From Eledone cirrhosa (Eukaryota), in NCBI GenBank assembly GCA_964016885.1, contig OZ024742.1, positions 131,812,001-131,876,000 of the forward strand: a stretch of DNA of 64,000 bases, read 5' to 3'. Below are positions 41,170 to 57,543 of the stretch, one piece after another; the stretch's first letter is position 1, and every line of letters starts with the position of its first letter. The notes beneath the pieces were generated by a model that saw only the letters and a list, made by a program, of their open reading frames with translations, was not told the origin of the DNA and made no database searches. Made by a program: the position numbers and the translations under genes.

Positions 41170-41650
41170 ACATACATCGCGTATTCTTTCCTAGCTGATC
41201 TACTTCACCCAGTCTGTTTAACCCATTCATTGCCGTCACCGAGGGGCGGCGTTCATCTGGCATGCGTGATGATACTGCAGTCTTCGATCTCTATAGGGCA
41301 GCTGGTGCTGGTGAAGTCTGTTATATCCCATTGTGTCTACCTTGCGTTTTTCTTGTGGCTTGTTTTGCTAAACCATCTAATTACTTCTTCATTCTTCGTC
41401 CATTGCGCTACGTGAGTGACATTCCTAACATTGTTGCTGAAACTCCGTAGAATGTTTGCTAAGCATGCCTGTCTCTCTTTTGGTCGGGTTTTCAATGAGA
41501 TATATGATCTATGCCCACATTGAACAAAATATATTCTCCGTTTTTGGTCACAAAATATCCTGACACCCATTAGTCACAACAGATAACATGGTCCATGACC
41601 ACCGTGGTAAAATCTTTTTCGGAAACTGAATAATGATACATTCCAAAACG
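41170..41650 (-). mobile_element. Decayed RTE-like LINE fragment
   Basis: Minus-strand QACLANIL..WTKNEEV and RMPDERRP..AM motifs with frameshifts. Confidence 0.45.
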
Positions 41651-41947
41651 TATTGCTACATTTCACCTATCCTGTACCGATTAACAAAGCATATATGTGT
41701 GTGTATGTGTACATATGTTGGCTTAGGTACATGTGCCTAAATATATACACGTATGTGTGTGTGGGATACATGTGTGTGTATGGATGTATGCATATGTGTG
41801 TATGTGTGTGTCCATTCATTTATATAAATGCACGTGAGTGTGCTTGCATACGTGTGCTGCGTGCGTGTGCACATACTTTCATGTGTATCCTGAGGGATAA
41901 TTTTTCAGAGGCGACTTTACTAAATTATCACCGGTGGTGACTTTCTG

Positions 41948-42370
<423 letters not shown>

Positions 42371-42642
42371 TTGTATTTGTGTCTGTGTGTACAATTTAAC
42401 TTATTGAAAAGTGGCTCTTACAGGACGAGCTCTGTTACTTTTTGCCAAGAAAGCACTCTCTCTCATTTCATGATTGAAAGAAATGGAAACCTGTTGGAAT
42501 CACCTTTCAATAAAATAATGCACCTTTTCTTATGGATGCAAAGAATACCTTAAATTATCTTAATATTTTTTAACAGAATACTTTTAGAATATATCTATCT
42601 CTGTCTGCCTGTCCCACTGTCTGTCCTCTCTTTCTCACTCAC

Positions 42643-42754
<112 letters not shown>

Positions 42755-42756
42755 GG

Positions 42757-42868
<112 letters not shown>

Positions 42869-45852
42869 CACCGTGAGTTTATGTATGTGCAACAAAAATA
42901 ACATTTATGAAATTAAAGTAACGTTTGAAAAGAGAAAAAATATAGCAAGGAAATTTCAAAATACAACTACCTCATCAAGAAGAATTTAAAAACCACTACA
43001 ACAACATCGAACAAAAGGTCTCATAGCAATAAGAACAACACAAACAATCAGAAAGCGTCATTAAAAGGGTAGGTAACTATCGATAGAGGAAATCTTTATT
43101 GTGTTTTTTTTTCCATTTAATAGTAATTCAGTCAATTCCCTCAAATGTAATAAATCAGTTGACAAACTTCCAACCCTGACATTTATATCTCCCAACACTA
43201 CGGATATAACTCTATCTCTTAACATAAATAACATAAATCTCCAAACAGTTATGTTGTTGCTGTTGTCGTTGTTGTTGCTTCTGTTGTTGCTGCTGCTACT
43301 GCTGCTAAGATGTTGTTGTTTTCGCTATTGTGGTGGATGCTTTACTTTTATTTCGAAATCCGGGAGTTGCATTTGCTCAGTAAAATAAAAATAAAAAAAG
43401 ATTCAAAAATATTTTTTAAAAACAATATGATTTTATGAGATCGATCGCTGAAACTGGAAACACTTGTGTCGTGGAAGTGCCATAATATCCATTGAAAACA
43501 CACATGCACCATTATAATAACTTTTGTTTTTGTTAATATCTAAATGTTTTAGATATTAATATGCATCAAATCTTTTTATCGTACACCTGTGACTGAGCTA
43601 CTGGTAATGTTTTCTATTCTATCTGTTCCTAGTTATAGTGTAATTGATTATAAGTGACCAAGTCGGAGATGCATGTCGAAATATGAAAGACGATGGTAAC
43701 TCAAAATACCATCATGACACTAAATCAAGCCAATACCAAGCTAAATCTGGCGTCCTGTATTAGAATCAAACTCTACTTTATCATTGTTAAATATTATTTT
43801 ACAAGTTCACCTCTTCCCATACAATTTTACATTTGTGAAAGTTTCTAATCGTTACCCATTTTTCTTTCTTTCTTTCTATCTTTCTTTATTTCTTTCTTTC
43901 TTTCATTCATTCGTTCCTTTTTCTATATTCTTCTGCATCGGTGTCCATTTACTCGTTAATTTTTGTTTCTATTTCCGACTCTCCCTCTCTCTTGATATTG
44001 ACTCTCCTTTTCTCTTGATATTGACTCTCCCTTTCTCTTGATACTGACTCTCCCTCTCTCTTCTTATTCTACATTTGTAATATCATCTCCCCTCCCCAAT
44101 AAAACAAACAACAAAATAAAAAACAGTCATAATTACGTCCCCTTGATCCTGTTAATTTCTGTGTTATTGTTAACTATCAACAACAAATATTTCATCATTC
44201 GATTGTGACCTTTCCCTTATGGACTGATTATATTTCCCTCTTGTGTATGTTAGTGTGCTATGTGTATGGGCGTATATATGTGCGTATGTATATGCTTTGT
44301 ACATATGTGTATGTGTATTTGTGATTTACGTATGTTTGTAGGTATACATATAGTGGGACACATCCGTTGACCTAAATCTGATTTTATACCCGTTCTTGAG
44401 GTGGATACGCGGTCCTCATAGGCGGAGCTTTATTTTGCTCATTCTTTCTAAATTGTTATAGAATTCTTAGTTTACAAAATAAATATAAGAAAATGACATT
44501 TAGGCTGACGTTATCTCAACATCCTATTAATTGTAAGTTGTGATGTCCATCGAAACTACTCCCAAGACCACATCTGACAACATTTAAAACATACCCAACA
44601 GTGTGCAGTGTTAATAAACATTAAGTCTATGCTGGCTTCGTACTAGAAATATACCATTCAATTAGATTTCATCACGTATAGGTTGTAGAAAATCACCTCT
44701 CTGTTCTTGTGGTGACTTCCCAGAAACTCTTTAGTACTACTTATTTCAATGAAAGAATTACCAGTCTGACAGATAGGAAATCCCGAAATCGATCATTAAA
44801 AAGTACCAAGATTAGAGACACAATATATTGTAAAAGATCCACCAGCTATAAATAGCTATTGGTTAGGTAAAGATTCAATAACATAATCTTCTAGTTGTTT
44901 TACAGTTTCCATTGCTTCCCAATTGTTCCTTGACATTTTTATGGTTATATGGCCTCCCACTGGTTTTCCCTATTTATTTTACTATTTTTCTAAATTTTAT
45001 TTTTATATTCACTTATCTCCGGCTATCTTGTTTTTGTCTGTTTCTTAACTGTAAGAAGTGTTAGATACCCCCTCTTTCCTGTCATATCATACGAGTTCTA
45101 TACGGAAGTTGTTTAAATTGATTAAATAAATAAATAATGAAAAAACCTAAAGTAAGTAAGTCAAGGTTTAAGGCCAATCTCTCAATTCACTAATGTCAGA
45201 TCCGCTGTGGTTCCTAGTTCAAATACTTTGTTATTCCGTGGTCGATGAATCATATAACATTATTGTAGTGTAAAATCTTACGTGGTCGATAAAATAAAGT
45301 ACCAGTAATATACTGGGTAATTGCTGGCCTTGTGCCAAAAGTACAAACAATTATTGTAGTGTAAAATCAAAATAATCGGCGATATTCTACCGACATGGCT
45401 TTAGCATATAATTCTTAACTATAATAAAGAAAGGAGTGCGGGACTGCATCCAGAATATATCTTTTTACCCCGTTTGTAAAATAAGTTAGATTACTTTGAA
45501 TAAATAATGAATGAATATTACATAATTCATCTACTAAATTTCGTGGCTGTTGATTAAATATATTTTATAGCTTATTTAAAGATTCACTTCTTTAAAATTG
45601 TCAAATGTCAACACTTCCGGTTAGCGGCCGTTATATTATAACACTTATAATCGCATATATTTCCATCGCTAATTTTCTCCTAATGCAGTTTATATATAAT
45701 ATCGTCTTTTTTTAAATGTATCATGGATTACGTTACTGATTACAGACGACAGTGTAACACAGTCTTCGTTCAATTTCTGTGTATATTGTCAATTACGATT
45801 TTATTTACATGCATATATATTTGTGGTTTTTCTGCTAGTTGGTTTAATGACA

Positions 45853-46024
45853 TAATTGTTTCTACTTTAGGCACAAGGCCAGCAATTACCCAGTACATTA
45901 CGACCCCGTAAGGATGAAAGGCAAAGTTAACTTCGGCGGGATTTGAACTGAGACGGTAAAGGGACGTAACTATGCTAGAAAGCATGTCGTCCGACCCTCT
46001 ACCCATACTGCCAATTCACCGCCA
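45853..46024 (-). mobile_element. SINE family A
   Basis: Same consensus as 19692-19885. Confidence 0.8.
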
Positions 46025-47446
46025 ATTGGTTTAATGACATAATGATAAACTTTATGTATTGAATATATTATATTATCGAATATTGTAAAGGGTTAGGTTT
46101 TATCGTTTAATAAACACTTCTATTTAAGCCACTTAAATATACTATATATGTCTTACTAAAGTAAATATTTACTTGCAAATTTGGTTTTGGCATAGGTTTA
46201 ACAACATTGTTGTTAGTTCTGTTAAATATGGAAACTGTTTCAGGAGATTGTACACATTATATAATCCTATTTTGTCTTTCCTAAAAAAAAGCTGCAGAAG
46301 TTTATGTGTATAATGAATAGTATTCTCCATGTCAGTATCCAAGCCAAAACCAAGCTGTTTGGCTTGGGATTTTCATTTCACTGATTTCGATAAAACAAGT
46401 ATCAATAATATACTGGTGTTGTAATGGATTATAACATTCCCCTTCAATAATTTGCTTCATGCCACAGTAAGAAATCAGTATAGCTTGCTTAGAGAAAGAT
46501 GCATTGTATATATCTTAGAATCCGTGCCTGCTTCTCATAACATTCTCATTCACAATATATGTTTTTTGTTTGTTTATTTATTTTGAAGCCATACATCAAG
46601 CAAGTTATGCACTAAGACCTCGCATCTATAAAGTATACAAGGGTGATCTCTTAAAATAAATTCTTTTCTACTGCCAACTTACATCTCCTCTAGAAACCGA
46701 CCACAAATATCACTACCACATACAGTCTAACATAACTATAAGCATATCCAGTATGATTTCATATTAAAAATATATTGTTATTTGTACATTCTACAAGAAT
46801 TAACAAACCATTACAAACCGACCTACACACTAATAAAGAAATATTTATCAGGAACAACATCAATGAAACTCATAACTCTTATACATCCGCCTTTTACCCC
46901 CACCATCATCAGTACAGCTGCCTGCTTTGGAGAAATAATCACACCCCTCACCACGCTCACTATAAGTATATCATTCCCCATTAATCATTTCCAATATTGC
47001 AAAAGATCACTATATAGGTTATTAACTATTGTTTCCTATGTTTATATTAAAGCGTATTTAGCGAGAAACACAGAAGAGGGAATTACAGAGGAATTGAGAA
47101 AAGGGAAAGATGAAAAGAGGTAGAATATGATATATATCATGTATGTTTGTGATAAAAGTGAAAATGAATGGAACAGATTCACAAACCGGGAGGGAAATAG
47201 AGATAATACTTACATAACAAAACCATTGTATATGTTCATTCCTTTGTATTTCTGATTACAATTATTAATGTTATACGCCCACACTATGCATACATATAAG
47301 GAATAGGTAAAATGCCATCTCCGTCTTTGCAAAAAGACGGGGAATCTTTTTTTTAATGCCTGAAGCAATGTGTCGCTCAGCACGCTGACATCGGAGAATG
47401 ATCGAAAAACGTAAATGAACAGCAACAAGACACACACAGAAATATC

Positions 47447-47497
<51 letters not shown>

Positions 47498-48095
47498 ACA
47501 TACACAAACATACAGGTTGTCTTGAAAAATATGTAAACACTTCTATTAGAATGCTGTTGAAGTGCATTTTTTGGTGTGTGTGTGTCTGTTTATGCATATA
47601 TATTAATCTAAAATTATTCCAAATTATTTTAACAAAAAGCTATTCTACACATGCATTGAGTTCTTTATTAACATGAGGATATAACGTAAGGGTGGGATGT
47701 TATTACATTGATGATTCCAAAAAGGTATTTCGTTGGAAGATAGATGGTGAGATGTGGGAGAAAAATAGTGAAACATGAAAACAGAAGTCAATGAAATATC
47801 AAACGGAGATATGATAGTAATAGTTATATATATATATATATATATAAAGAATGAATAATAACAGGTAGACATCATAAAAAGGTAATTTATTCCGTGTGCT
47901 TACAAATGTTACCACGGTGGTACTACAGCCTAGTTATGCTATGTGCAAATTTACAAGAATTTGCAGAACTCAAATATTCAATGCTGTGACCACTGTATCC
48001 TCAGAGCAGAATATATATACATATGTGTGCGTGGGGGGGGGGGTGTAATTGTGTGTGTATATATAAAATGAAGAAGAGTGTGTTTGTTGTGTGTG

Positions 48096-48186
<91 letters not shown>

Positions 48187-48430
48187 CAAGCATGAATCTT
48201 ATATCTTGTACAAATGCTTGTACTTTCTTTCTGAGGCACCGCCCATCTCGAATCTCAATAAGTTGTTGATAATGATATCTTCAGGTTTAGGTGTATAATG
48301 GGTCATTTTGAGTATTGAACGATTAAGTAATGAAATAAGAAACGTGGTTTAACAGCAGAGAAACGTGCTCACGTTTGGCCAAAATGATCGCAGCAAATGA
48401 TTTTGAAACTTCGTCGGATTGCTTGTCACC

Positions 48431-48526
48431 TATGTTAATTGCGTTAGCCTTTTCTTCGATGCAAGCCGTTTGAATCAATGCCAAAAACATTATCTGCCGA
48501 AAGAACTTTTTCCAAACACACACCAT
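48431..48526 (-). CDS. Candidate first coding exon (signal-peptide-like) of an unidentified host gene
   Basis: ACAAGATGG Kozak context; MVCVWKKFFRQIMFLALIQTACIEEKANAINI-G followed by a possible donor G|GTGACA. Confidence 0.22.
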
Positions 48527-48558
48527 CTTGTTTACACATCAATATAATTTTGCTCACA

Positions 48559-48681
<123 letters not shown>

Positions 48682-48780
48682 ATTAATAAGGTAATGAATT
48701 CTTTTACGATGGAATCAGAATATTTATGTATATATATATATATATACGGGTCTGTGTGTGAGAGAGTATGTGTATGTAGT

Positions 48781-48884
<104 letters not shown>

Positions 48885-48952
48885 GGAATAGAATGAAACG
48901 AAATTTCATTTCTCACTCTTAGTACGGCACTTACTTAAATGTAATGTGCATG

Positions 48953-48989
<37 letters not shown>

Positions 48990-51603
48990 GCGACTGTACG
49001 TCTGTATACATATATGTATGTACGTATACATACATACTTACATATATATATATGCCTAATATTATCACGCGCATATGTCGCGAACACAAACGCATGCGAA
49101 CATATAGATGCATGAAAACTCTCTACACGTTTTTCTCTGTATGTGTTAGTAAACTGCTTTTATATTCATTAATTTTCTTATTTTATATAGCATACGCAAA
49201 TACACACATCATATGTTTATGCACTCAGTCACAGAAACAAAATATTATACCAACACTCACAGTCAAATACACTATACGCTATACAATACAAGTCATTGTA
49301 CAAACAAACGCATAACCGGATAGATTAACTCGACGAAACTCAACGTAAATCGTAGATTCATGGAACAGAAGGGTACAAATATAAAAAAAGAAAAGGAAAT
49401 CCCGTCTATACAATATTTGAAATTGCAAGTTTAGGGTGAATGTTTTCCTTTGCTGGATTTCACTGCTAATCGTTTTGCTATCCAGTCACCGTTACTTCTT
49501 ATAATGGTCTTGTACAGAAAAGGTTGACAGCTTTTCACGGGAACTCTTCCAGGAATTTAACTGTCTGCTGCTATATGTCAGATACGGATGTTTCCTGTTT
49601 CCTTTATTTACCTTCTATAACTTTTTTTATTCCGTTATTCTTTCTTTCTTTTCTGTTTTTTTTTTCTTCTTTTGCATATTCTCGTTGCTGATGCTATCTA
49701 TCTTTATGTAACACTCCCTCCTCTCACTTGCTCTGCTTTTCTGCCATTTATTCCCATTCTCTCCTTCTTTTCAATGTTTTTTCTCGTTATCTGTTTATAA
49801 ATTACTAGAAAGAGTTGATATCGAATAACTAACCATAAGGTTAACAGTTCGTACCTTGTTCTATCGTTGTTATATCATTATTATCGGTATTACATTATTG
49901 TATCTTTGTGTGTCGTAAATTCTATTACTGTCGTGTCATTGTTTTGAATGGTAAAGCTCCCAAATCTCCGAAACAGTAGAAAACTGTACTTTTCAGTTCA
50001 CTTTTTTACCTCCTGAATTACATTTCACTTACAGAAATCGACTTCATATTTCATCACTCATAGATCATACTGTTTGACACTCTTGGGGCAAACACGTACA
50101 GATAGCGTGTATGTGTTGGAAATCCCTAGCTTGCGACGTCATGTGTTTCAGTCGTTTAAACAAGAGGAAAAACTGCTCGTAAAATAAACATCCAAGTGGC
50201 TGAGCATTCCACAAATGCATTTAACTTTAACATATTTATCAAGGAGATTCAGCACAACATGGTGTGTGTGGGCGACAAGGCTGGCTCTTTAAATTATATG
50301 AAGCACTCGTTTGTGCCAATCGAGCTTACTGGAGCAATGTGAAATAAACTTTCTTTCTCAAGGACACAACGTGCTGCAAGATATCGATCTCACGATCGTG
50401 GATCCAATGACGTAACCACTCTGCTCCACACTTTCACTACGTGTACATATCATATTGTCTATTCAATCGCCAATATCAACCATCAACAATAGAATTGTGT
50501 TGGTCTAAGGAAAAAGCACATAAAATAAATTGTCCTCATACCGTACAGATGCAAATTTCTGAAATTCACCACGTTTAGATATTCCGGAAAAGAGCTCATG
50601 ATCTTGTAGAGACGAACCAATCTTAAATATTCTGTGCCTAGTACATGCAAGCTAAGTTTTCCAAGGTAAAGGTAGAGATCATTCATAAGCGGAACTAATT
50701 GCTCTGATGACCTGTCATCATACATATAAAAGAACCATGATTTTACCATATCTGTATAAAATACTCAGTCGAATGTATGATTGTTTATATACACGAGTGT
50801 ACATTATAATAACTCTAACTCTAATCTAACAATGAAGTGTATGTTTCTTTATAAAGGACATGTTTTACTGGTTCCGCGAGGGTGGAAATTTAGTAGAGTT
50901 GGCATTTTGCTGGGTATCTAAATCGTGTGGGATGAATGAAGAAAAATATAAGACTCACGGTGTTGTTAAAATGACTGAACACGATAACGCTTATTTTTTT
51001 TGGTTTTTGTTTTAGTGGATTTAAATTTTGAGTTAATTACTGGGATTATAAAATGTATGATTATCTTTAATTACTAAAATATTTACGCTGAATGAGATAC
51101 GGTTTTTTAAAAAGTGAAATTAGTTACTCCACATGCCATATGTTCAAGACTATTTTATACATAGAAACGCATAACAACAGGTATTTTAAAGTTATTCATA
51201 TAATTATTATATGTAATATTACGTATCATTAATTTCTACCCGAAAACAGGCTTCAAATTCAAAACTAAAATTAAAATAATTCGCACATTCTAGAGTAACA
51301 GTACATTTTCGATAATACATGCTCTATGCGTCCATCCATCCGGATCTCTCCAATTCTCTTAACTTGTGAAAATTATGAAATTTGTGTAGCTGGTAAAGTT
51401 ACAATTAATTCTAAATAAACCGACTTAAAAACTGCAATTGCATTTCAACTTCCTTTTCCTATTTTTAAAAAGTAAATCTCGAGTTATATTTAAAGGTGTC
51501 TAACTTCTCAATTATATTTGAAACATGTCGGAATCAGTAATATCTTGCATTTCCTTTCAGAATTTGTCAAATCTATCATTATTATAGGTGCTATATTGTC
51601 ACC

Positions 51604-52677
51604 ATGTTCAGACCAAGGAAAGAACACATTTGTCATGTGATTCTTTATGAATTTTGAAAGCATAATAGAACAGATACAGCAGCAATATCACTCCAAAACA
51701 CTTATAGAGATGGCGTAATGACTGCAAAACATGCATGAGATGGTTATCACGATTCTGAAACGGAGACTACAGCCTGCAGTATGAATCAAGGGAAGGGCAC
51801 TCAAGATGGTTGAATTCTGATGCATTGGGAGCCGCTGTTGATACAAACCCTACTCTTATAGATTGAGAACTAAGCACAGACATCAATGTGAGCAATAACC
51901 CCATTCATCGTGAACTAAAACGGCTTGGCAAAGTGTCAACAGTTCTGCATGATATCTCTACAGATAATCACAAACAACATGATGGTTGCTGTGTATCATT
52001 TGTGTTCTTGTGAGTTGCAAAGTCCTCTTTGCTACAGAGTCATTATTGGATATAAAACATGGGAACTTTACCATTAGATTAAGCGAAGAGGTCTTGGTTG
52101 AAGAGCCAGGTCAGTGGCCCTGAAGTGGTCTACATCCAAAGACTATTCATCTGAGTGTGTGGTGGGATATGTAGGCGATAATCCATCACAGGCTGCTAGG
52201 CGATAAGTAAACAATAACAGCCAAAGTATATTGCTAACGTTTAAGATGTCTGAAAGCAAGTTTGCAGCAAAAAATGCCTGTTAACAAACAGAAAAGGAGT
52301 CATCCTTCATCATGATAACGATAGAGCTCACACAGCACGAACGACAAAATATCTTCTAGAAAATATGCCTGGGAAATGATGGTTCAACCACAATATTCCC
52401 TTGGCTTTGTCCCAACAGATTACCACTTCTTTGGAAGATTTTAAAGTCATTTGAATTGATTAAGACTTACTTCAAGAGAAGTTGAAAATGTGCTAGTTTC
52501 CTTTTACAGTTTAAACTTAAAGAATCTTATGTTCGTAGCAATAAAAAACTTATTGGCGGATGGAGAGAGGTTATAGAGGAGAATGGAGACTACATTGACA
52601 ATTAAATATATCTGCGAGTGTCTTTTTTTAGTTTTATTGAGCCTAAAAACGGACAGAAATTTCGTTACAACCTGATA
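51604..52677 (+). mobile_element. Decayed mariner transposon
   Basis: EHICHVILYEF N-terminus, LSVWWD, LHHDN..AHTA, HPQYS..F.PTDYH.F (YSPDLAP-like); TIR-like end ...TTACAACCTGATA; many stops. Confidence 0.8.
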
Positions 52678-52711
52678 CACACACACACACACGCACACAC
52701 ACACACAGACG

Positions 52712-52746
<35 letters not shown>

Positions 52747-52887
52747 GACCCGCGTACAGTAATAGCGTATTGCAGTATAGAGTATTACATAATAATCTAG
52801 AGCATGCAGGCCGTTACACTGGTTAGTAAATCTCCGGCATCAATAAATTCTCATTGAATCTTCAGAATGTCCTACAGGACTTTTCCT

Positions 52888-52942
<55 letters not shown>

Positions 52943-53009
52943 CTCTTTATCTATCTATCAATCTATACTTGTGGCAAATAATGAAACCTCTCTCTCTCTT
53001 TCTCTCTCC

Positions 53010-53090
53010 GAGACGGCTGAAAAGTTCATAGGCTGACCAAAATACTCTGAGGTTATGACTAACTGAGGTTTATTTTTCAACATAGTCCCT
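53010..53090. mobile_element. Terminal fragment of a mariner-type element/MITE
   Basis: GGCTGAAAAGTTCATAGGCTGACCAA...TTTATTTTTCAACATAGTCCC resembles mariner subterminal sequence. Confidence 0.4.
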
Positions 53091-53275
53091 GGAAACATAC
53101 AATACAGTTATTAATTAGAAGAATTAGAATGAATGCATGCGAGATTTCACAGCCCTAGCATTAATCTTTCATACTCAGCTTTTAAACTTTGTAGCTAAAC
53201 CTCGTACATACACACACACAAACATACATACATACATACACATACATACATGCATACATACATACATACATACAT

Positions 53276-53534
53276 GGTGGCTGCCAACTCGTTTTCGAGT
53301 ACGGCCACTACTTTATATCCATGTAGGAGAACCCCTACCGATGCGCTGAACGAGTGTGACTTTTTAGTCCAGCCAGCGACTTGAAAACTCTGGAACAAAC
53401 ACTACACTTGTGACAATTTTTGACACATAGTGCTGGGCCCATGGTACCATGTGACGACAAGTGCAGAGAGATCTCCAGATATAAAGCAATGCCTGTGCCG
53501 TGAAGCTTTTATGGTGAGCAAAGGCACTGCACAA
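53276..53534. repeat. Dispersed ~260-bp repeat, copy 2
   Basis: Nearly identical to 4237-4495. Confidence 0.85.
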
Positions 53535-53663
53535 TATTCATACATACATACATACACACATACATACATACATACATACATACATACATACATACATACA
53601 TACATACATACATACATACACATATGCCCAGATATTTACACTGAAGCAACATCTTCAATAGAT

Positions 53664-53782
53664 GATAATTGTTTCTACTTTTGGCACAAGGCCAGAAATT
53701 ACCCAGTACATTACTGTCACATTATTTTATCGACCCCGTAAGGATGAAAGGCAAAGTTAACCTTGGAGGGATTTGAACTCAT
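53664..53782 (-). mobile_element. SINE family A (partial)
   Basis: Same consensus. Confidence 0.75.
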
Positions 53783-55605
53783 CCGCAAAGGGACATCATT
53801 CAATAGCTGATAATGCTAAGAAACTATCTCGCCCAAGTTCACGATCTAGAGAAGAGAAATCAATTAAATGATGATATAAAACACTCTTCCAGAACAATAG
53901 AAAATTCTATTTCATGCTCAAACACAGTAAAATGAAAATAGACCAGTTTACTTAGAATACTGAATATGGGCACATATGGTTATTGAAAACAGAAAGCAAC
54001 TCTATAATTCATAAGCTACAAGTGACTGCCATATCAGGAACATTCAAAATCCATAAAATATTCTTCAGGATGAGACATTGCACATGGGTCGACGAAACTA
54101 TCATTTGGTTCGCAATCTTGCCACTGGAAGTTGGCCAATCAAAAGATAAACTATAAATTAAAAGCGACAACGCAATGAATCTATCCATCCATCATCCATC
54201 CATACATACATACACACATATACACACATATGCATACATACAATGATACACACATACATATATGCATACATGCATATACACATATACACATATACACATA
54301 CACATATGCACATAAATGCATACATGCATGCATACACACATACACACATATGTATAACTATTACAAATTACTATTTTCTTTAAAGATGTCATAAACCCCA
54401 ACTGTGTTCATCTCCTTATAGAACACATTCCATGGATTGTCATCATTCCATTGACTGAATATCATTGCAATTTCTCCTTCAGTCATTATTTGTTTGGGAT
54501 TTTGTATATTTGGGCGATGGCCAAAGAGTAGAACCATGAGGTTATTTTATTCACCTGTCTTGAAAGGGCATGGTGTTGTACAGCACCTCATACGTGGGTT
54601 TCCTGACAGCTATTGACATACCCAGCGATACAAAACAGGCACCACTCTACACATATGTCACTCTCTAACGTTATCGTTTCTTGCGAGAAAAATGAACAGA
54701 GGTCATATTTAAGGGGGACTTTTAAATAGATAGTTTCATTATAGGATAGAATATTAGTCCTCTGTCTGTTCCGACAACGAGTGTTTCAACTATTCGATAA
54801 ACTGAACATACTTTTTTATGAAATAAACATGCGAGGAGTCGAGCATTCCAAATACATGAAAATCAAGGAGCTGCAACTTCTGACACAAGTGTGGACCTGT
54901 CACACTCATTTTTTTTCCAGCTCAGTGGACGGAACTGCAGTGAAATAAATTGCCTTGCTCAAGAGCACAGCGTGCCGCTGAAAATCGGGCTGGCAATCTT
55001 AAGATCGGGAACCAAACGACGTAACCACCAAGCCACTCGCTTTCAGACTAGGTCGACTATTCTACTCTGTTATATCATGATTCAGTCACGAGAGATGGAG
55101 TGGAATCGCTTTAACTTAACGAGGAATGTGCATGCTAGAGATTGACCCCCGATGTGTAATTTTCTTCACCACACTTCAGGCGTGCGATTGCAAGATTGAT
55201 GAGGTGGGTTTATAAAAGTATAGCAACTGTCATCTTGAGAGAAAGAAAGAACGAAATATGAAGTGAGTAAGGGAGGAAGGAGAGAGTGTAACGGAAAAAA
55301 AGGAAGTGAGAAAGAGAGAGAGAGAGAGGAAAGAAAGGAGAGAAGAGAGAAAGAAGAGGGCGAGGAATAGGGAAGGCGTGAAAAAGAGAGAGAAGTAAAT
55401 AAAAGAAGAGATCTAGATAGATATTAGGATGTACAGGCTAAGTAATTGAAGAGAAAATAAAGGAGTTACGCACATGGAGAAATAAAGAATTATCAGAGAG
55501 AAAAAAGCGAGATATTGTAGAGGGAGGTGGAATCATACAGGTAGATAAATAAACATATAGGAGAGCAGAGAGTATCAGAAAGGGTGGGGTGAGAAAAACC
55601 TGTGG

Positions 55606-55651
<46 letters not shown>

Positions 55652-55678
55652 GTGTGTGTGTATGTATGAATGTATGTA

Positions 55679-55769
<91 letters not shown>

Positions 55770-55822
55770 ATATATATATATATGTACATATATATATATA
55801 TATATATTTATATATACACATG

Positions 55823-55853
<31 letters not shown>

Positions 55854-55884
55854 TTACATATATATACATATATATATATTTATT

Positions 55885-55977
<93 letters not shown>

Positions 55978-55978
55978 A

Positions 55979-56016
<38 letters not shown>

Positions 56017-56757
56017 TGAGAGAGCGAGAGAAAAAGATATAGATATAGAGAATGTGAGCCATAGTTGCAGATAGAATTTCGGAAAGGTAAGATTGATGAA
56101 GTGACTGTATACTAATCAGTATAGAAAATGTAAAACAGGTTGGATGAAAATGTCGGAAACAGTTTAAGATAAGGTAAGTAACTTAGAATGATTAGAGATG
56201 TATAGGTCGTTACACAGATATAAAAAGTAAACTAATTAACCGAGAGCGAATAATGGAAAGAGAGAGTGACAGATATATAGAGAGAGAGTGAGAGACAGAG
56301 TGTATGTGACAGATAGAGAGAAAAGGAAAGAGCAAAGGAGAGAGAGAGAGAGTGAGTGTATAGATTGAGGGAGAGAAATGTAGAGTCAGTTTGCTAGGGA
56401 CGTGCCACGATACATGCCATGCGCCATAACACCTGGTTATGTAGTAGGTGCGCCGTACTGAGAGTGCATTCTAAACTTCGTAATGTCCACTCCTCATCAG
56501 GTTTCAACACAGCTGATTAATTCCAGTGAAAGAATGACGGAGAAAGAACGAGGAGTGGAGTTTTCAGCTACACGCGTTCGATCACCGCATTTTAGATTAA
56601 GACAATCTTACACAAAACGCCATCATTAACAGTTTTCAGAGAAGGCGACGTGAATAGAGATGCTTTCTTTTTTCAATAGTAAAAACAAAATTAATTTCGT
56701 TTATCCCACTGCTCACTCTCCTCTATATTTCTATTTCTTCTTTAATATCACAAACTA

Positions 56758-56793
56758 CTTTCTGATGAATGGGCTAGCGTCCGAAACGTTAAG
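56758..56793 (+). ncRNA. Minimal type I hammerhead ribozyme
   Basis: CTGATGA-AT-GGGC(TAGC)GTCC-GAAACGTTAAG; homologous to 3384-3417. Confidence 0.65.
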
Positions 56794-56910
56794 ACTCTTT
56801 TCATACTATATCAAGCGTAAACCTAATAATATTCATCTTCATTGTACTGTGTCGTTTAATTTGTTATTCCTGTTTGCCTTTTACAATTATATTCAATATA
56901 TTTATATTAT

Positions 56911-57107
56911 ATAATTGTTTCTACATTTGGCACAAGGCCAGTAATTAATTACCCAGTGCATTACTGGTAATTTATTTTATCGACCTCGTAAGGATAAAAT
57001 GTCAAAGTTAACCTCGGCGGGATTTGAACTCAGATTGGCAAGGGTCGTAACACTATGCGTCACAGCATGGCGTCCGACCCTCTACCGATACTGCCAATTC
57101 ACCGCCC
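56911..57107 (-). mobile_element. SINE family A
   Basis: Same consensus. Confidence 0.8.
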
Positions 57108-57505
57108 TATTCCTTCTAGTGTATTATTTATATCTGTACTCATATATACCACAATTATCACCATATAACTTCGTCACATTATATGTTTACATCGTCTCTA
57201 TTTCATGTTTAATGTTTTATATCACGTTTTACTATTAATATCACGCTTTATTTATCCACAATATAAAACACAGATGTTTATTGGTTCCTTCGCGCATCAC
57301 ACAAAAACATGACTGACAAGCGAAAGGCAAGTACAGCAATGGAATAAAGGCATACACAGGAAGGTTATTGATGCTAATTTTATAAAATCAAAGAAGAAAA
57401 GCAACCAAGCTAGTTGCTATTTCTAGCAGGCTAGGAATCAAACATAAGGGATTCTCTCTGATGATCGTGTTTCGCGACCAGCATCTCCGTTGAATCGAAC
57501 GCTGG

Positions 57506-57543
<38 letters not shown>

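Noticed and set aside
43090-43245. Minus-strand peptide VLGDINVRVG as a host exon
   Set aside because: Better explained as a short LINE apurinic-endonuclease (GDFNARVG-like) relic; too short to call.
56440-56505. Minus-strand CTGATGA-GGAGTG...CACTC hammerhead candidate
   Set aside because: No GAAA follows stem II; at most a decayed relic.
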